A stretch of DNA of 64,000 nucleotides from Candidatus Binatia bacterium (GTDB lineage: Bacteria > Desulfobacterota > Binatia > HRBIN30): positions 36,566-100,565 of the forward strand of contig JBIOJG010000012.1 of NCBI GenBank assembly GCA_044450645.1, given 5' to 3'. The notes beneath the pieces were generated by a model, which did not search any database, had not been told where the DNA came from, and was given only the letters and a program-made list of their open reading frames with translations. Positions 1-8,364 of the stretch are shown here, piece after piece. A program made the position numbers and the translations under genes. Each line of letters begins with the position of its first letter. Position 1 is the first letter of the stretch.

Positions 1-281
1 TGATTCTGGAACGCGGCGATACGATTCGCCTCGAGTATCTGCCTCCCGAATTCGTAATGGCGCAGCCGGCATCCACTCCGCCGGCGGCGGAGTCTGCCTC
101 GGTAGCCGGCAGCGGATACCGCTTGCCCCCAGCCGGGATTTGCCTGGAGGATGTGGAGAAGGATTTCGTTCGCCAGGCGATGGAGCTTGCCGGCGGCAAC
201 CAAACCCGTGCGGCCCAACTCTTGGGTATCAGCCGCGATTCCTTGCGCTACCGTCTGCAAAAGCTCAACCCACGCGTCTGA
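1..281 (+). CDS. 3-prime end of a sigma-54-dependent transcriptional activator (bEBP); the 5-prime part lies outside the window
   Basis: The frame is open from the window edge (codon phase starts at nt 3). The C-terminus ...AGGNQTRAAQLLGISRDSLRYRLQKL is the Fis-type (HTH_8) DNA-binding motif that ends NtrC-family activators. Confidence 0.7.
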   Translation, partial: ILERGDTIRLEYLPPEFVMAQPASTPPAAESASVAGSGYRLPPAGICLEDVEKDFVRQAMELAGGNQTRAAQLLGISRDSLRYRLQKLNPRV

Positions 282-297
282 GGAGTTGCGCCTCCAC

Positions 298-1116
298 ATG
301 AAGAAAATACCGAGCAAGAAAGGACTGCCGATGCACACGTGGGTCAAGATACTCTTGGTTATAGTCATCGCGGCGGCTGTTCCGGCCCTGGCCGCGGAGC
401 CGACAGCGGCCGGTACACAGGAGGGCAAAGCGGACAGTTTAGCGGCGGGCCAACCGCAGGCGGTGCCGGAGGTCAAGCTCGACACTGAGGATCAGAAGAC
501 CATCTACGCCCTCGGGGTGTCTATGGGGGACAGTCTACAGCAACAGTTCAATCTCTCGTCCCAGGAACTGGAGCTGTTCAAGGCCGGGGTGATCGACGGC
601 GCGCTGAAGCGGACGCCACCGGTCAGGGTCGAGGAGTACCGGCCGAAGTTCCAGCAGTTAGCGCAGACGCGTGCGGGGCAGATTGCCGAAGCCGAGAAGA
701 AGGCTTCGGAGGATTTCCTCGGAAAAATGGCGAAGGAGAAAGGAGCCGTGAAGACGGATTCCGGACTCATCTTCATCAACCAGAAGGACGGCAAAGGGGA
801 GAGTCCGAAAGCCACCGACACCGTCAAGGCGCACTATCAGGGTACGCTGCGCGACGGCAAGGTCTTCGATAGCTCGATTGAGCGGGGAACCCCCGCGACC
901 TTTCCCCTCAACCACGTCATTCCATGCTGGGCCGAAGGCCTCCAGAAGATGAAGGTGGGCGGCAAGGCGAAACTCGTGTGCCCATCCAGCATCGCGTACG
1001 GCGATAGCGGCCGTCCGCCCACTATCAAGCCCGGGGCCACGCTGGTCTTCCAGGTCGAGTTGCTCGAGATCGTCAAGGGCACAGGGGCGCCCGGCCTGCC
1101 TGAGGGGCATCCGTAA
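298..1116 (+). CDS. Secreted FKBP-type peptidyl-prolyl cis-trans isomerase (FkpA/Mip-like, with N-terminal dimerisation domain)
   Basis: The internal ATG at 298 of ORF 151-1116 is followed by signal peptide MKKIPSKKGLPMHTWVKILLVIVIAAAVPALAAEP. The FKBP core is YQGTLRDGKVFDSS...ATFPLNHVIPCWAEGLQKMKVGGKAKLVCPSSIAYGD...GATLVFQVELLEI. Confidence 0.85.
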   Translation: MKKIPSKKGLPMHTWVKILLVIVIAAAVPALAAEPTAAGTQEGKADSLAAGQPQAVPEVKLDTEDQKTIYALGVSMGDSLQQQFNLSSQELELFKAGVIDGALKRTPPVRVEEYRPKFQQLAQTRAGQIAEAEKKASEDFLGKMAKEKGAVKTDSGLIFINQKDGKGESPKATDTVKAHYQGTLRDGKVFDSSIERGTPATFPLNHVIPCWAEGLQKMKVGGKAKLVCPSSIAYGDSGRPPTIKPGATLVFQVELLEIVKGTGAPGLPEGHP

Positions 1117-1203
1117 CTGGGGCTGGAGTTCAAGGCCCGAAGGCCAACGTTAAAAGGCTGAAGGCCTGAGGGCTTGGGGGCATGGCCGTCGGCCCTCCGA
1201 GGA

Positions 1204-1238
1204 CCGAAGGTCCAAGGTCCAAAGTCGAAGATCCAAGG
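1204..1238. repeat. Five tandem degenerate heptamers (CCGAAGG TCCAAGG TCCAAAG TCGAAGA TCCAAGG)
   Basis: Read directly from the 600-bp intergenic region between the FKBP gene and the large cytochrome gene. Confidence 0.5.
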
Positions 1239-1561
1239 TGGCACCAGGCTCCGTCCGGTGCGGGAACCGCTTCCACCCTCGCCGTCGTCCGTTCCTGGAA
1301 GTGCTCACGGAGGAGGGGACCAGAGTGGGCGTCGTTATTCCCTCCTCGATGCCGGTTCGTAAGCGCGCAGGAAGCCCAGCTTCGCCATGTGCTTTAAGTC
1401 GGCGTGGCGGAACTCCCCAGACTCCAACCCTCGGACCCATAAGGCTGAGGCATCCTTATATCTTCCCGGCTGATTGAGGTTTTTCCCTCATAGTGCGGAT
1501 TTTCCCCCAGCCGCCAGAGGGTCTGACTCCTGGTTCTCGGGAACGGTAAAGGCGGGATTGG

Positions 1562-1577
1562 CGGCACGTAGTTTGCG
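1562..1577 (+). promoter_or_regulatory. Putative sigma-54 (-24/-12) promoter of the large cytochrome gene
   Basis: cGGCACGtagtTTGCg matches TGGCACG-N4-TTGCW with the exact GG-N10-GC spacing. It lies ~145 nt upstream of ATG 1720, and a bEBP gene fragment sits at the window start. Confidence 0.55.
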
Positions 1578-1719
1578 CCATGCCATCGCGGCAGGGCGGA
1601 ATTGCGTACTTTTCCACGACTGTCAGCGAAAGGATGGGGCGGCGAAAAGAGAACAGAGAACCGGGAACAGGGGACAGCAAGTAAGGAGGACTCATGACCG
1701 GAAGGAGGAATCAACAATC

Positions 1720-4700
1720 ATGAAAGGAAAGAGAAGGACACGATCTTGGGAAGCCCCGCTCGTAGCCGCGCTGTCTTTGGCTGCGTGCGTGGGGCTGAGT
1801 GCGAGTACCGCCTCGGCGAAATACCTATGGGACGGTGCCGTGCCGGATGGGATCGGCGGCTGGAAAGTGCCTCACGACGGCATCTGCATAGTCGGCGTGA
1901 AGGCCGACGGCACCTTGGTTGTCGATACGACCATAACCACCAAGAGAGACTGCGCCTATTACACGACTGGCCTGACGTCCATATCGATGGCCGATGTGAC
2001 CAGTTTAAGTGTATGCGGAAGCGGCGGGACGTCAGCGTGTAACAGCTCTACTAACTGCAAGAATACGAACATCAACAGCGGCGGCACCCTGACGTGGAAC
2101 GCAACCGACAGTAAGTGCTATGATTCTGCCCCCTGCACCATAGCCGGTGCGACCGGAAATGATGGCTCAAAGCACGCTTTGGCCACCAGTATTTGCGTGG
2201 ACGGTTCCGGCAACGGCAAGGGGTTGGCGGGCCTAGACCGGAGTGCTGCGATCTGCATCGCTAAAGGCTACAACTGGAAGCAGACATCGGCTACACCCCC
2301 TGCCGGAGTTTCCGGTACCTTCCCCACCGCTGGCTTCGGCGGCGCTTGCGCAGCTTACGGCTGGAACTACAGAGGCATTGATGGCACCGGCACGCCTTTG
2401 GCTTTTGATTCGACGCCAGGGACCGGCAAAGGCACAACCGCTGCTGCCAACACGGGCTTCTGTTACGCCAAGATTGACACGGGTTTGACAGCAGCAACGA
2501 CCTGTCCGTCCGTGGTCGGAAGTTCAGCGGGAACCAAGACCGCCAGTTCGAGTGCGGCTTTCGGCTACACCGCTGGCACCAGCGCCCCCTACTGCACCTA
2601 CGACTACGGGATCACGGGAAAAGCTGCCGCGGACATGTACACCGCAAACGGCACCAGGATCGTCAAGGGCACTGTTGTCGATTTCAGCGCTACTACCACC
2701 ATGGGAGATTGCTTCGCCAATGGTGGATCATGGGCCAACTGGGTCCGCAACAACGGGACAGGACTAGATCCTGTCGGAGGGACAGCTACCATCGCGACGT
2801 TCGATTTCACCACACAGGGTGTCGCCACGACGGAGGGCTGCCTCCACTGCCACACCTACACGGACCAGTACAACGGCCCTACCGAGAGATTCAAAGAAAG
2901 CTACCTGAAGACCGGCCACAAGAACATGCTGAGGAAGGTCACACCAGGTCAGCCCTGGGCGGGTCCTTGCGTAGCCGGCGACATCCCGAACGCGGATGGT
3001 CTGTGTGTCTACACCACCGACGGCACCAACACCATCAACTTCATGACCTCTTTGGATCCGTTCGCAAAGGCGACGGTCGCCGGCGTAGATCAGAACCTTT
3101 ACTACATTTACGGCGACTGGATGATACGGAATCCAAGTTTAGTATACGGTACTAACGGATACGGTTCTGCCCCAGGGGCCACCAACGGCTACTCCTGCTA
3201 CGCTTGCCATGCCACCGGCTCGAAGGACAGTTCTCTAACTTGTACCGTCAATCCATCAATTAACACTACCGCGGCGTTGTGTACGGCCGCCGGCGGAACA
3301 ATGACGGCTCCTGCTGTCCCCGGTGTGCAGTCAATCGGTACTCCCGGATACTCTGGGGTTCAGCCGCAGGCGTCATTCCCGGGCATCAGCATCAATGCAG
3401 CTAACCCGAAGTGGGACCTCGAGGGTATTACCTGCGGTCGTTGCCACAATGTCACGGTTCCGTCGGTGACACAGACGCAGATTTCGGGCGGTACTTGTAA
3501 GAATGGTGCAACCGATGTGACGTCATTTTACCCCACTCAGGCAGCTTGCACTGCGGCGACTTACACCTGGACCAGCATTGGTACAGCTTCGTCATTCCCA
3601 ACGACCGCTCCCACGAGCGGCGGCATGGGCGCCCTCGCGTCAGGCACCGGCAGGAACAACCTCTGCTTCGGCTGTCACCAGTCCATCGCGAAGCTCTGGC
3701 CGGCTGGAACGAATCAACTTGATCCCACGCTGATCCCGACCGGCGTCAGCCACGGCGCAGCGGCGGGCCGCGACTTCAACGGCCACGTGCTCGGCAACTC
3801 ATTCCTGAACAGCGTGCATGCGCAGTACGCCGGCGCACAAAGCGGCAACGGATCAATTACCATTAACTCACTTGGGAAGTACGACCTCACCGACCCTAAC
3901 GGAACCTCGGAGTATGGCAGCATCTTCAAAGGCTACACCTGCTGGCAGGGAACCACCAGCAACAGCCCGGGAAAGACCAAGCCGGATGGGACGGAAATAA
4001 AGACGAAGTCGGACTGCGAAAGCCTTTACGGCGCAGGTTCGTGGAGAGCCGATCAAGATGGTTCAACGGCTGCCACCTCAATACAGGGCACCTGCACCAC
4101 CTGCCACGATGTCCACAACAGCCTGTTTATCGATACCCAGCAAGAAGCGGCGCTGCGGAAGAAATGCGACGATTGCCACGTGAACAACAGCATCACCAGT
4201 GCAACCGACGCCGCCGCTCCACAGGTAAATCTGGCGACGATTGGCCATCCGACCGGAGGAGGGACGCCGTTCGATTCCACCAAGTATGAGAGTGCATGCG
4301 TAGTCTGCCATATGGCTACGCAGGCGGAGGCGAACGGAAATCAAACCTCCATGCCGGTGCATGTGTGGAGAATCAATACGAACGCGTCTTACAGCACATT
4401 CCCGACAACCGGTCAGTTCTATGGAGGCAGTTGCTCTGTTCATACTGGTGCAATCCAAAATGCTCCTGCTCTGCCGGTTGTATACCTGTCTGACACCTCC
4501 TCTGCGAATTGCACTGGGGCTTCGCCCGCCGGCATCTGGACAGCCGTGCCAAAAGACAGGAATGCTCAAGTCGCACCTGACGGTACGTATGCCAACGCAG
4601 TGTGGGTAGACCTCGATCTCGCATGCGGCCAGTGCCACGGCGGTTCGCTCGGTGCAGCCGCTACGGTGAACAACGCACCGTATCTGACCAAAGCCCAGCT

Positions 4701-5529
4701 GGCGACCTATGCTGCGGGCATTCACAACAACGGCCCGATATCTGTGAACTTCGGCTACTCGCTCGGTAGCCCCAATACGTTGGCCGTCACCGTGTACGCT
4801 GCTGCGGACTGCGGCGGCCCATGCGGCGCCTTCGATTGGGACTGGGGCGATGGCACCGCTCACGGCTCGGGTGCGAGCGCATCTCACATCTACGCAGGCG
4901 CTGGCATGTACGCGGTCACACTCACCGTAACAGGCAACGGTCAGAATGCCTCCAAGACCAAGAACGTGAACGTCTATACTCCTGACGATTCCCCGACCGT
5001 CAGCGGCACCGCGTGCGGGACCATTCTCAATGCCAACACGTGGAGCGCAAGCCTGACGGATACCTCATCGGACAATGAAGGCGTCAGCCACGTCACCGTG
5101 AACTGGGGCGACGGCAGCCTGCTCGCACAGGGCGCGCAGGGCGTGACCCTCACGCACACCTATAGGGGTCCGGGCACGTACACGATCACCCACAAGGCCC
5201 TGGACACCATCGGACAGCAGGCGGTCAGGACCTGCACGGTATCGGTGGCGTACTTCACCATCGGCGGGACGGTGCAGGCGCTCGATTCAACCCTGACCCC
5301 ACCGGCGACAGTCAATGTGCCGTCCGCAACCGTCACCGTGACGAACGCGGGCGGCGTGGTGGTTCGGAAGGTGTACACCGCCATCGACGGGACGTTCTCG
5401 GCCGGATCACTCAAGCCGGGCACGTACACACTGAGCGTCGCCAAAGGCGGCTACACGTTCCCTGCTGTGGCACCCATCACGGTCGGACCGAGTAGCACCA
5501 GTAACAGCGTGACCGGGACGAAACCGTAG
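1720..5529 (+). CDS. Large (1269 aa) secreted octahaem c-type cytochrome with a haem-free Cys-rich N-terminal region, two PKD-like domains and a CarboxypepD_reg-like C-terminal domain
   Basis: ATG 1720 is preceded by GGAGGA (1704-1709) and followed by signal peptide MKGKRRTRSWEAPLVAALSLAACVGLSASTASA. Eight CXXCH motifs (CLHCH, CYACH, CGRCH, CFGCH, CTTCH, CDDCH, CVVCH, CGQCH) lie between residues ~373 and ~973. PKD signatures are FDWDWGDGTAHG...YAGAGMYAVTLTVTG and VTVNWGDGS...HTYRGPGTYTITHKALD. The C-terminus reads VTVTNAGGVVVRKVYTAIDGTFSAGSLKPGTYTLSVAKGGYTF. Confidence 0.85.
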   Translation: MKGKRRTRSWEAPLVAALSLAACVGLSASTASAKYLWDGAVPDGIGGWKVPHDGICIVGVKADGTLVVDTTITTKRDCAYYTTGLTSISMADVTSLSVCGSGGTSACNSSTNCKNTNINSGGTLTWNATDSKCYDSAPCTIAGATGNDGSKHALATSICVDGSGNGKGLAGLDRSAAICIAKGYNWKQTSATPPAGVSGTFPTAGFGGACAAYGWNYRGIDGTGTPLAFDSTPGTGKGTTAAANTGFCYAKIDTGLTAATTCPSVVGSSAGTKTASSSAAFGYTAGTSAPYCTYDYGITGKAAADMYTANGTRIVKGTVVDFSATTTMGDCFANGGSWANWVRNNGTGLDPVGGTATIATFDFTTQGVATTEGCLHCHTYTDQYNGPTERFKESYLKTGHKNMLRKVTPGQPWAGPCVAGDIPNADGLCVYTTDGTNTINFMTSLDPFAKATVAGVDQNLYYIYGDWMIRNPSLVYGTNGYGSAPGATNGYSCYACHATGSKDSSLTCTVNPSINTTAALCTAAGGTMTAPAVPGVQSIGTPGYSGVQPQASFPGISINAANPKWDLEGITCGRCHNVTVPSVTQTQISGGTCKNGATDVTSFYPTQAACTAATYTWTSIGTASSFPTTAPTSGGMGALASGTGRNNLCFGCHQSIAKLWPAGTNQLDPTLIPTGVSHGAAAGRDFNGHVLGNSFLNSVHAQYAGAQSGNGSITINSLGKYDLTDPNGTSEYGSIFKGYTCWQGTTSNSPGKTKPDGTEIKTKSDCESLYGAGSWRADQDGSTAATSIQGTCTTCHDVHNSLFIDTQQEAALRKKCDDCHVNNSITSATDAAAPQVNLATIGHPTGGGTPFDSTKYESACVVCHMATQAEANGNQTSMPVHVWRINTNASYSTFPTTGQFYGGSCSVHTGAIQNAPALPVVYLSDTSSANCTGASPAGIWTAVPKDRNAQVAPDGTYANAVWVDLDLACGQCHGGSLGAAATVNNAPYLTKAQLATYAAGIHNNGPISVNFGYSLGSPNTLAVTVYAAADCGGPCGAFDWDWGDGTAHGSGASASHIYAGAGMYAVTLTVTGNGQNASKTKNVNVYTPDDSPTVSGTACGTILNANTWSASLTDTSSDNEGVSHVTVNWGDGSLLAQGAQGVTLTHTYRGPGTYTITHKALDTIGQQAVRTCTVSVAYFTIGGTVQALDSTLTPPATVNVPSATVTVTNAGGVVVRKVYTAIDGTFSAGSLKPGTYTLSVAKGGYTFPAVAPITVGPSSTSNSVTGTKP

Positions 5530-5541
5530 GCAGGCAAGGGG

Positions 5542-5565
5542 GGCAGGCGGGCCACGCCGCCTGCC
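5542..5565 (+). terminator. GC-rich hairpin after the large cytochrome gene (possible attenuator or processing site; no U-tract)
   Basis: GGCAGGCGG-gccacg-CCGCCTGCC forms a 9-bp perfect stem. It starts 13 nt after stop 5529. Confidence 0.3.
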
Positions 5566-5622
5566 TCCTCATGGAAGGGGAGAGATGGAGAAATGCGAAC
5601 CCACGAAACCATTGGAGGAAGA

Positions 5623-6454
5623 ATGAAACGACACGCCCAAGGGTTGGTGCTTGTTGCACTGGGACTGTCCCTTGCGTCCGCGGCCATGGCCTACACCGGC
5701 AGCGCGCCCGCTCCTGGCCAGGGAAATCAACGGAACGGTTCACGATCTTGGCACGGCCCACAACGGAATGAACTACACGGCGAATCCGGCGGATCCGCTG
5801 CAGCGGATCTGCATTTTCTGCCATGCGCCGCACAACACCTACAAGCTCAGCCCGGCCAACGGCGGTCCGGGAGCGGGTGTGGGCGGCGGCGTGCAAGCGC
5901 CGGATGCGTTTGATTACCTGCCCCTGTGGAACCATGAGCTGACCGGCAACTACGCGTCCTACACCATGTATCAGAACGGTCCGGGCGCACCGACCAAAGG
6001 CCCCAAGGCCTCGCAGGCCATCCTCAACGGCGACATGACGCCGGGCAGCACCTCGCTGCTGTGCCTGAGCTGTCATGACGGCAGCGTGGCCGTCAACTCG
6101 TACGGCAACAGCTCGCAGCTGTCGAAGAGCGGCGGCGGCGGCACGATCGGGGCACAATATATCATCGGCAAGGACAACTACCTCGGCAACCATCACCCCA
6201 TCGGATTCGATTATGACCAGGTGCAGGCGGTGGATACCGAGATTCGGTCCGCCGACACCGCCCTGCTCGGCACGGCCGGTACCGTCCGGGATCACCTGTT
6301 GGGCGTGGGCAACACGCGGATGGAGTGCGGCACCTGCCACGCGGTCCACAACAAGGGCAATACGGGTGAGACGCTGTTGTGGAGGAGCGACAGCGGCAGT
6401 CATCTCTGTCTGACCTGCCATGACAAGGGCATCGATCCCGGCGCGACTCCGTAA
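5623..6454 (+). pseudogene. Tetrahaem c-type cytochrome with an apparent +1 frameshift between signal peptide and mature domain (paralogue of 15330-16178)
   Basis: ATG 5623 (SD GGAGGA 5614-5619) encodes signal peptide MKRHAQGLVLVALGLSLASAAMAYTGSAPAPGQG in frame 1. The homologous mature part INGTVHDLGTAHNG...RICIFCH...LLCLSCH...MECGTCH...HLCLTCH continues in frame 2 (ORF 5651-6454), which has no signal peptide. The frames switch at ~5716-5730 (GGCCAGGGAAATC). Confidence 0.7.
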
Positions 6455-6476
6455 CGCCAGCCCTGTCTGAAACTCA

Positions 6477-6510
6477 GCGAGAGGGGAATGCTCATTCCCC
6501 TCTCGCTTTC
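6477..6510 (+). terminator. Rho-independent terminator after the tetrahaem cytochrome gene
   Basis: GCGAGAGGGGAATG-ct-CATTCCCCTCTCGC forms a 14-bp perfect inverted repeat followed by TTTC. It starts 23 nt after stop 6454. Confidence 0.65.
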
Positions 6511-6623
6511 CCCCCTGGTTCACTCTCCCCTTTGCCTCGCCTCCGCAAGATGGTAGGAATTTTCCAGCGCAGCCGGAATGGAACACACGCACTGCTGTCC
6601 ACTCGGGCTACCGGAGGGCGGGA

Positions 6624-7784
6624 ATGGCTAAAGATGAACAGCTTCTGGGCTTTGTGTGCGCGGCGCTGGTAGTTCTTGCAGCGGCCTGCTCCACACCTGT
6701 CCGGAAGAAGGAAGCTCCGGTATTCTTCCCGCCCCCGCCTGCCTCTGCCCGCATCGAGTATCTGACGTCCTTCAGCGGCCTGAAGGACATTGAGGAGCAA
6801 TCCTCGTTCAACCGGTTCGTCGTGGGTGAGAAACAAGATGTGAAGCTGGACAAGCCGTATGGCGTGACGGTCTATGACGGCAAGATCTACGTTTGCGATA
6901 CCAACGCCACGGTCGCTGTCTTGGATCTGAAGCGCAAGAGCTTTGGGGCGCTGAAAGGCGCAGTCGGTCCGGGAACGCTCCGTCAACCGATCAATATCAG
7001 CACCGAGCCGGATGGCACCAAATACGTGGCGGATCCCGTACGGGGCCAGATCGTCGCTTTCGACCGAAACGACGAGTATCTGAAAGCATACGGCCTGCCC
7101 GGAGCATGGAGACCCGTGGACGCTGTGGCGTTCGAAGACCGGCTGTATGTCGCTGACGTTGGAAACGGGCAGGTGAAGGTCTTTGACAAGCAGAGCGGTG
7201 AGACGGTCAAGACCATCGGTGACAAAGGGGATCCTTCCGAACGGCTCGACCGTCCGACGAATCTCGCGTTCGACCGCGAGGGATACCTCTACGTCACCGA
7301 CGTCGGACGGTTTCAGGTGGTCAAGTTCGACCGGGACGGTCATTTCAAAGCGACGTTTGGAAGGCCCGGAGACAACCTTGGACACTTCGCGCGACCCAAA
7401 GGAATCGCTCTCGATCGTGAAGGCCGTCTCTATGCGGTCGACGCTTCTTTCAACAACGTGCAGATCTTCAACAAAGACGGACGACTGCTCATGTTCTTCG
7501 GGGGAGAGCCTGACAAGCCGGGGGGCTTGCTGTTGCCCGCAAAGGTCGCGATTGACTACGACAACCTGCAGTACTTTCAGCAATACAGCCAGCCAGGTTT
7601 TCAAATGGAATACCTGGTTTTCGTCACCAGCCAGTTTGGCGACCGCCGGGTGAACGTGCTGGCGTACGGGCAGGAGAAGGGGAAGGTATATCCCACCGAT
7701 GCGGAACTCTTGAAACAGATAGAAGAGCGACGGAAGAAGGAGCTGGAAACCGCACCGCCGCAGGAGACAGCACCACCACAGTGA
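6624..7784 (+). CDS. NHL-repeat six-bladed beta-propeller protein, probable lipoprotein (NHL-1)
   Basis: SD GGAGGG lies at 6613-6618. The N-terminus ...ALVVLAAACSTP is lipobox-like. Repeated NHL blades include PYGVTVYDGKIYVCDTN, PINISTEPDGTKYVADPVRGQIVAFD, LYVADVGNGQVKVFD, PTNLAFDREGYLYVTDVGRFQVVKFDRDG and PKGIALDREGRLYAVDASFNNVQIFNKDG. Confidence 0.85.
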   Translation: MAKDEQLLGFVCAALVVLAAACSTPVRKKEAPVFFPPPPASARIEYLTSFSGLKDIEEQSSFNRFVVGEKQDVKLDKPYGVTVYDGKIYVCDTNATVAVLDLKRKSFGALKGAVGPGTLRQPINISTEPDGTKYVADPVRGQIVAFDRNDEYLKAYGLPGAWRPVDAVAFEDRLYVADVGNGQVKVFDKQSGETVKTIGDKGDPSERLDRPTNLAFDREGYLYVTDVGRFQVVKFDRDGHFKATFGRPGDNLGHFARPKGIALDREGRLYAVDASFNNVQIFNKDGRLLMFFGGEPDKPGGLLLPAKVAIDYDNLQYFQQYSQPGFQMEYLVFVTSQFGDRRVNVLAYGQEKGKVYPTDAELLKQIEERRKKELETAPPQETAPPQ

Positions 7785-7821
7785 ATCGCGGGGCGTCCGA
7801 GCAATCGCTTTGCGAATTCCA

Positions 7822-8364
7822 ATGAAGCTATGGGCGGTAGTGGCATGCGTCGGTGTTGCGGCGATGATGTCGATAGGCTGCTCTGCGAGGACACGCTACA
7901 CAGTCCTCTCGTTCTTCTTCGATGGGGTGCCGCCTCCCAGGGCGGCCGAAGCGCCGGCGGCAGCAGGAGAGCAGGTTGCGACCTCGGCGAATGCCGCGCG
8001 GCCGCGGCGGGTCGGATACCGGGAGCATGGTCCCTATGCGGCGAAACTGTGCAATGCCTGTCACGAATCTATAGCCACCAATGCGCTCGTGGCCCCGCGT
8101 GAGCAGCTGTGCATCCGATGCCATGAGTTCAAGAGCAACAAGAGATATATCCATGGTCCCCTCGCGTCGGGTGGTTGCACGGCCTGTCATGATCCCCACA
8201 GTTCTCAGTACCGCTATCTCCTGGTGTCCGAATCCGACAGCTTCTGTTTCCATTGTCACGACCGTCAAACCGTGGCGAGAGTCGGCGCCCATGGGGGCGT
8301 CGAAGAGCAGTGCACCGACTGTCACGATGCGCACATGTCTGACAAGAAATACTTGTTGAGATGA
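7822..8364 (+). CDS. Small pentahaem c-type cytochrome (c7/c3-like), probably periplasmic, possibly lipid-anchored
   Basis: The signal peptide is MKLWAVVACVGVAAMMSIGCS. Five CXXCH motifs are present (CNACH, CIRCH, CTACH, CFHCH, CTDCH). The stop overlaps the start of the next gene (ATGA at 8361-8364). An alternative TTG start lies at 7810. Confidence 0.85.
   Translation: MKLWAVVACVGVAAMMSIGCSARTRYTVLSFFFDGVPPPRAAEAPAAAGEQVATSANAARPRRVGYREHGPYAAKLCNACHESIATNALVAPREQLCIRCHEFKSNKRYIHGPLASGGCTACHDPHSSQYRYLLVSESDSFCFHCHDRQTVARVGAHGGVEEQCTDCHDAHMSDKKYLLR

Noticed and set aside
1238-1253. TGGCAC hexamer at 1238-1243 as a second sigma-54 promoter
   Set aside because: The -12 position reads CTCC/TCCG rather than TTGC at the required spacing.
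5477-6592. 371-aa minus-strand ORF antisense to the tetrahaem cytochrome gene
   Set aside because: It is Arg/Ala/Gly/Val-rich with no recognisable motifs. It fully overlaps a gene with clear CXXCH motifs and a paralogue. This is a typical high-GC shadow ORF.
6492-7604. 370-aa minus-strand ORF antisense to NHL-1
   Set aside because: The plus-strand frame has clear NHL repeats and a lipobox. The antisense product is low-complexity and matches no family.
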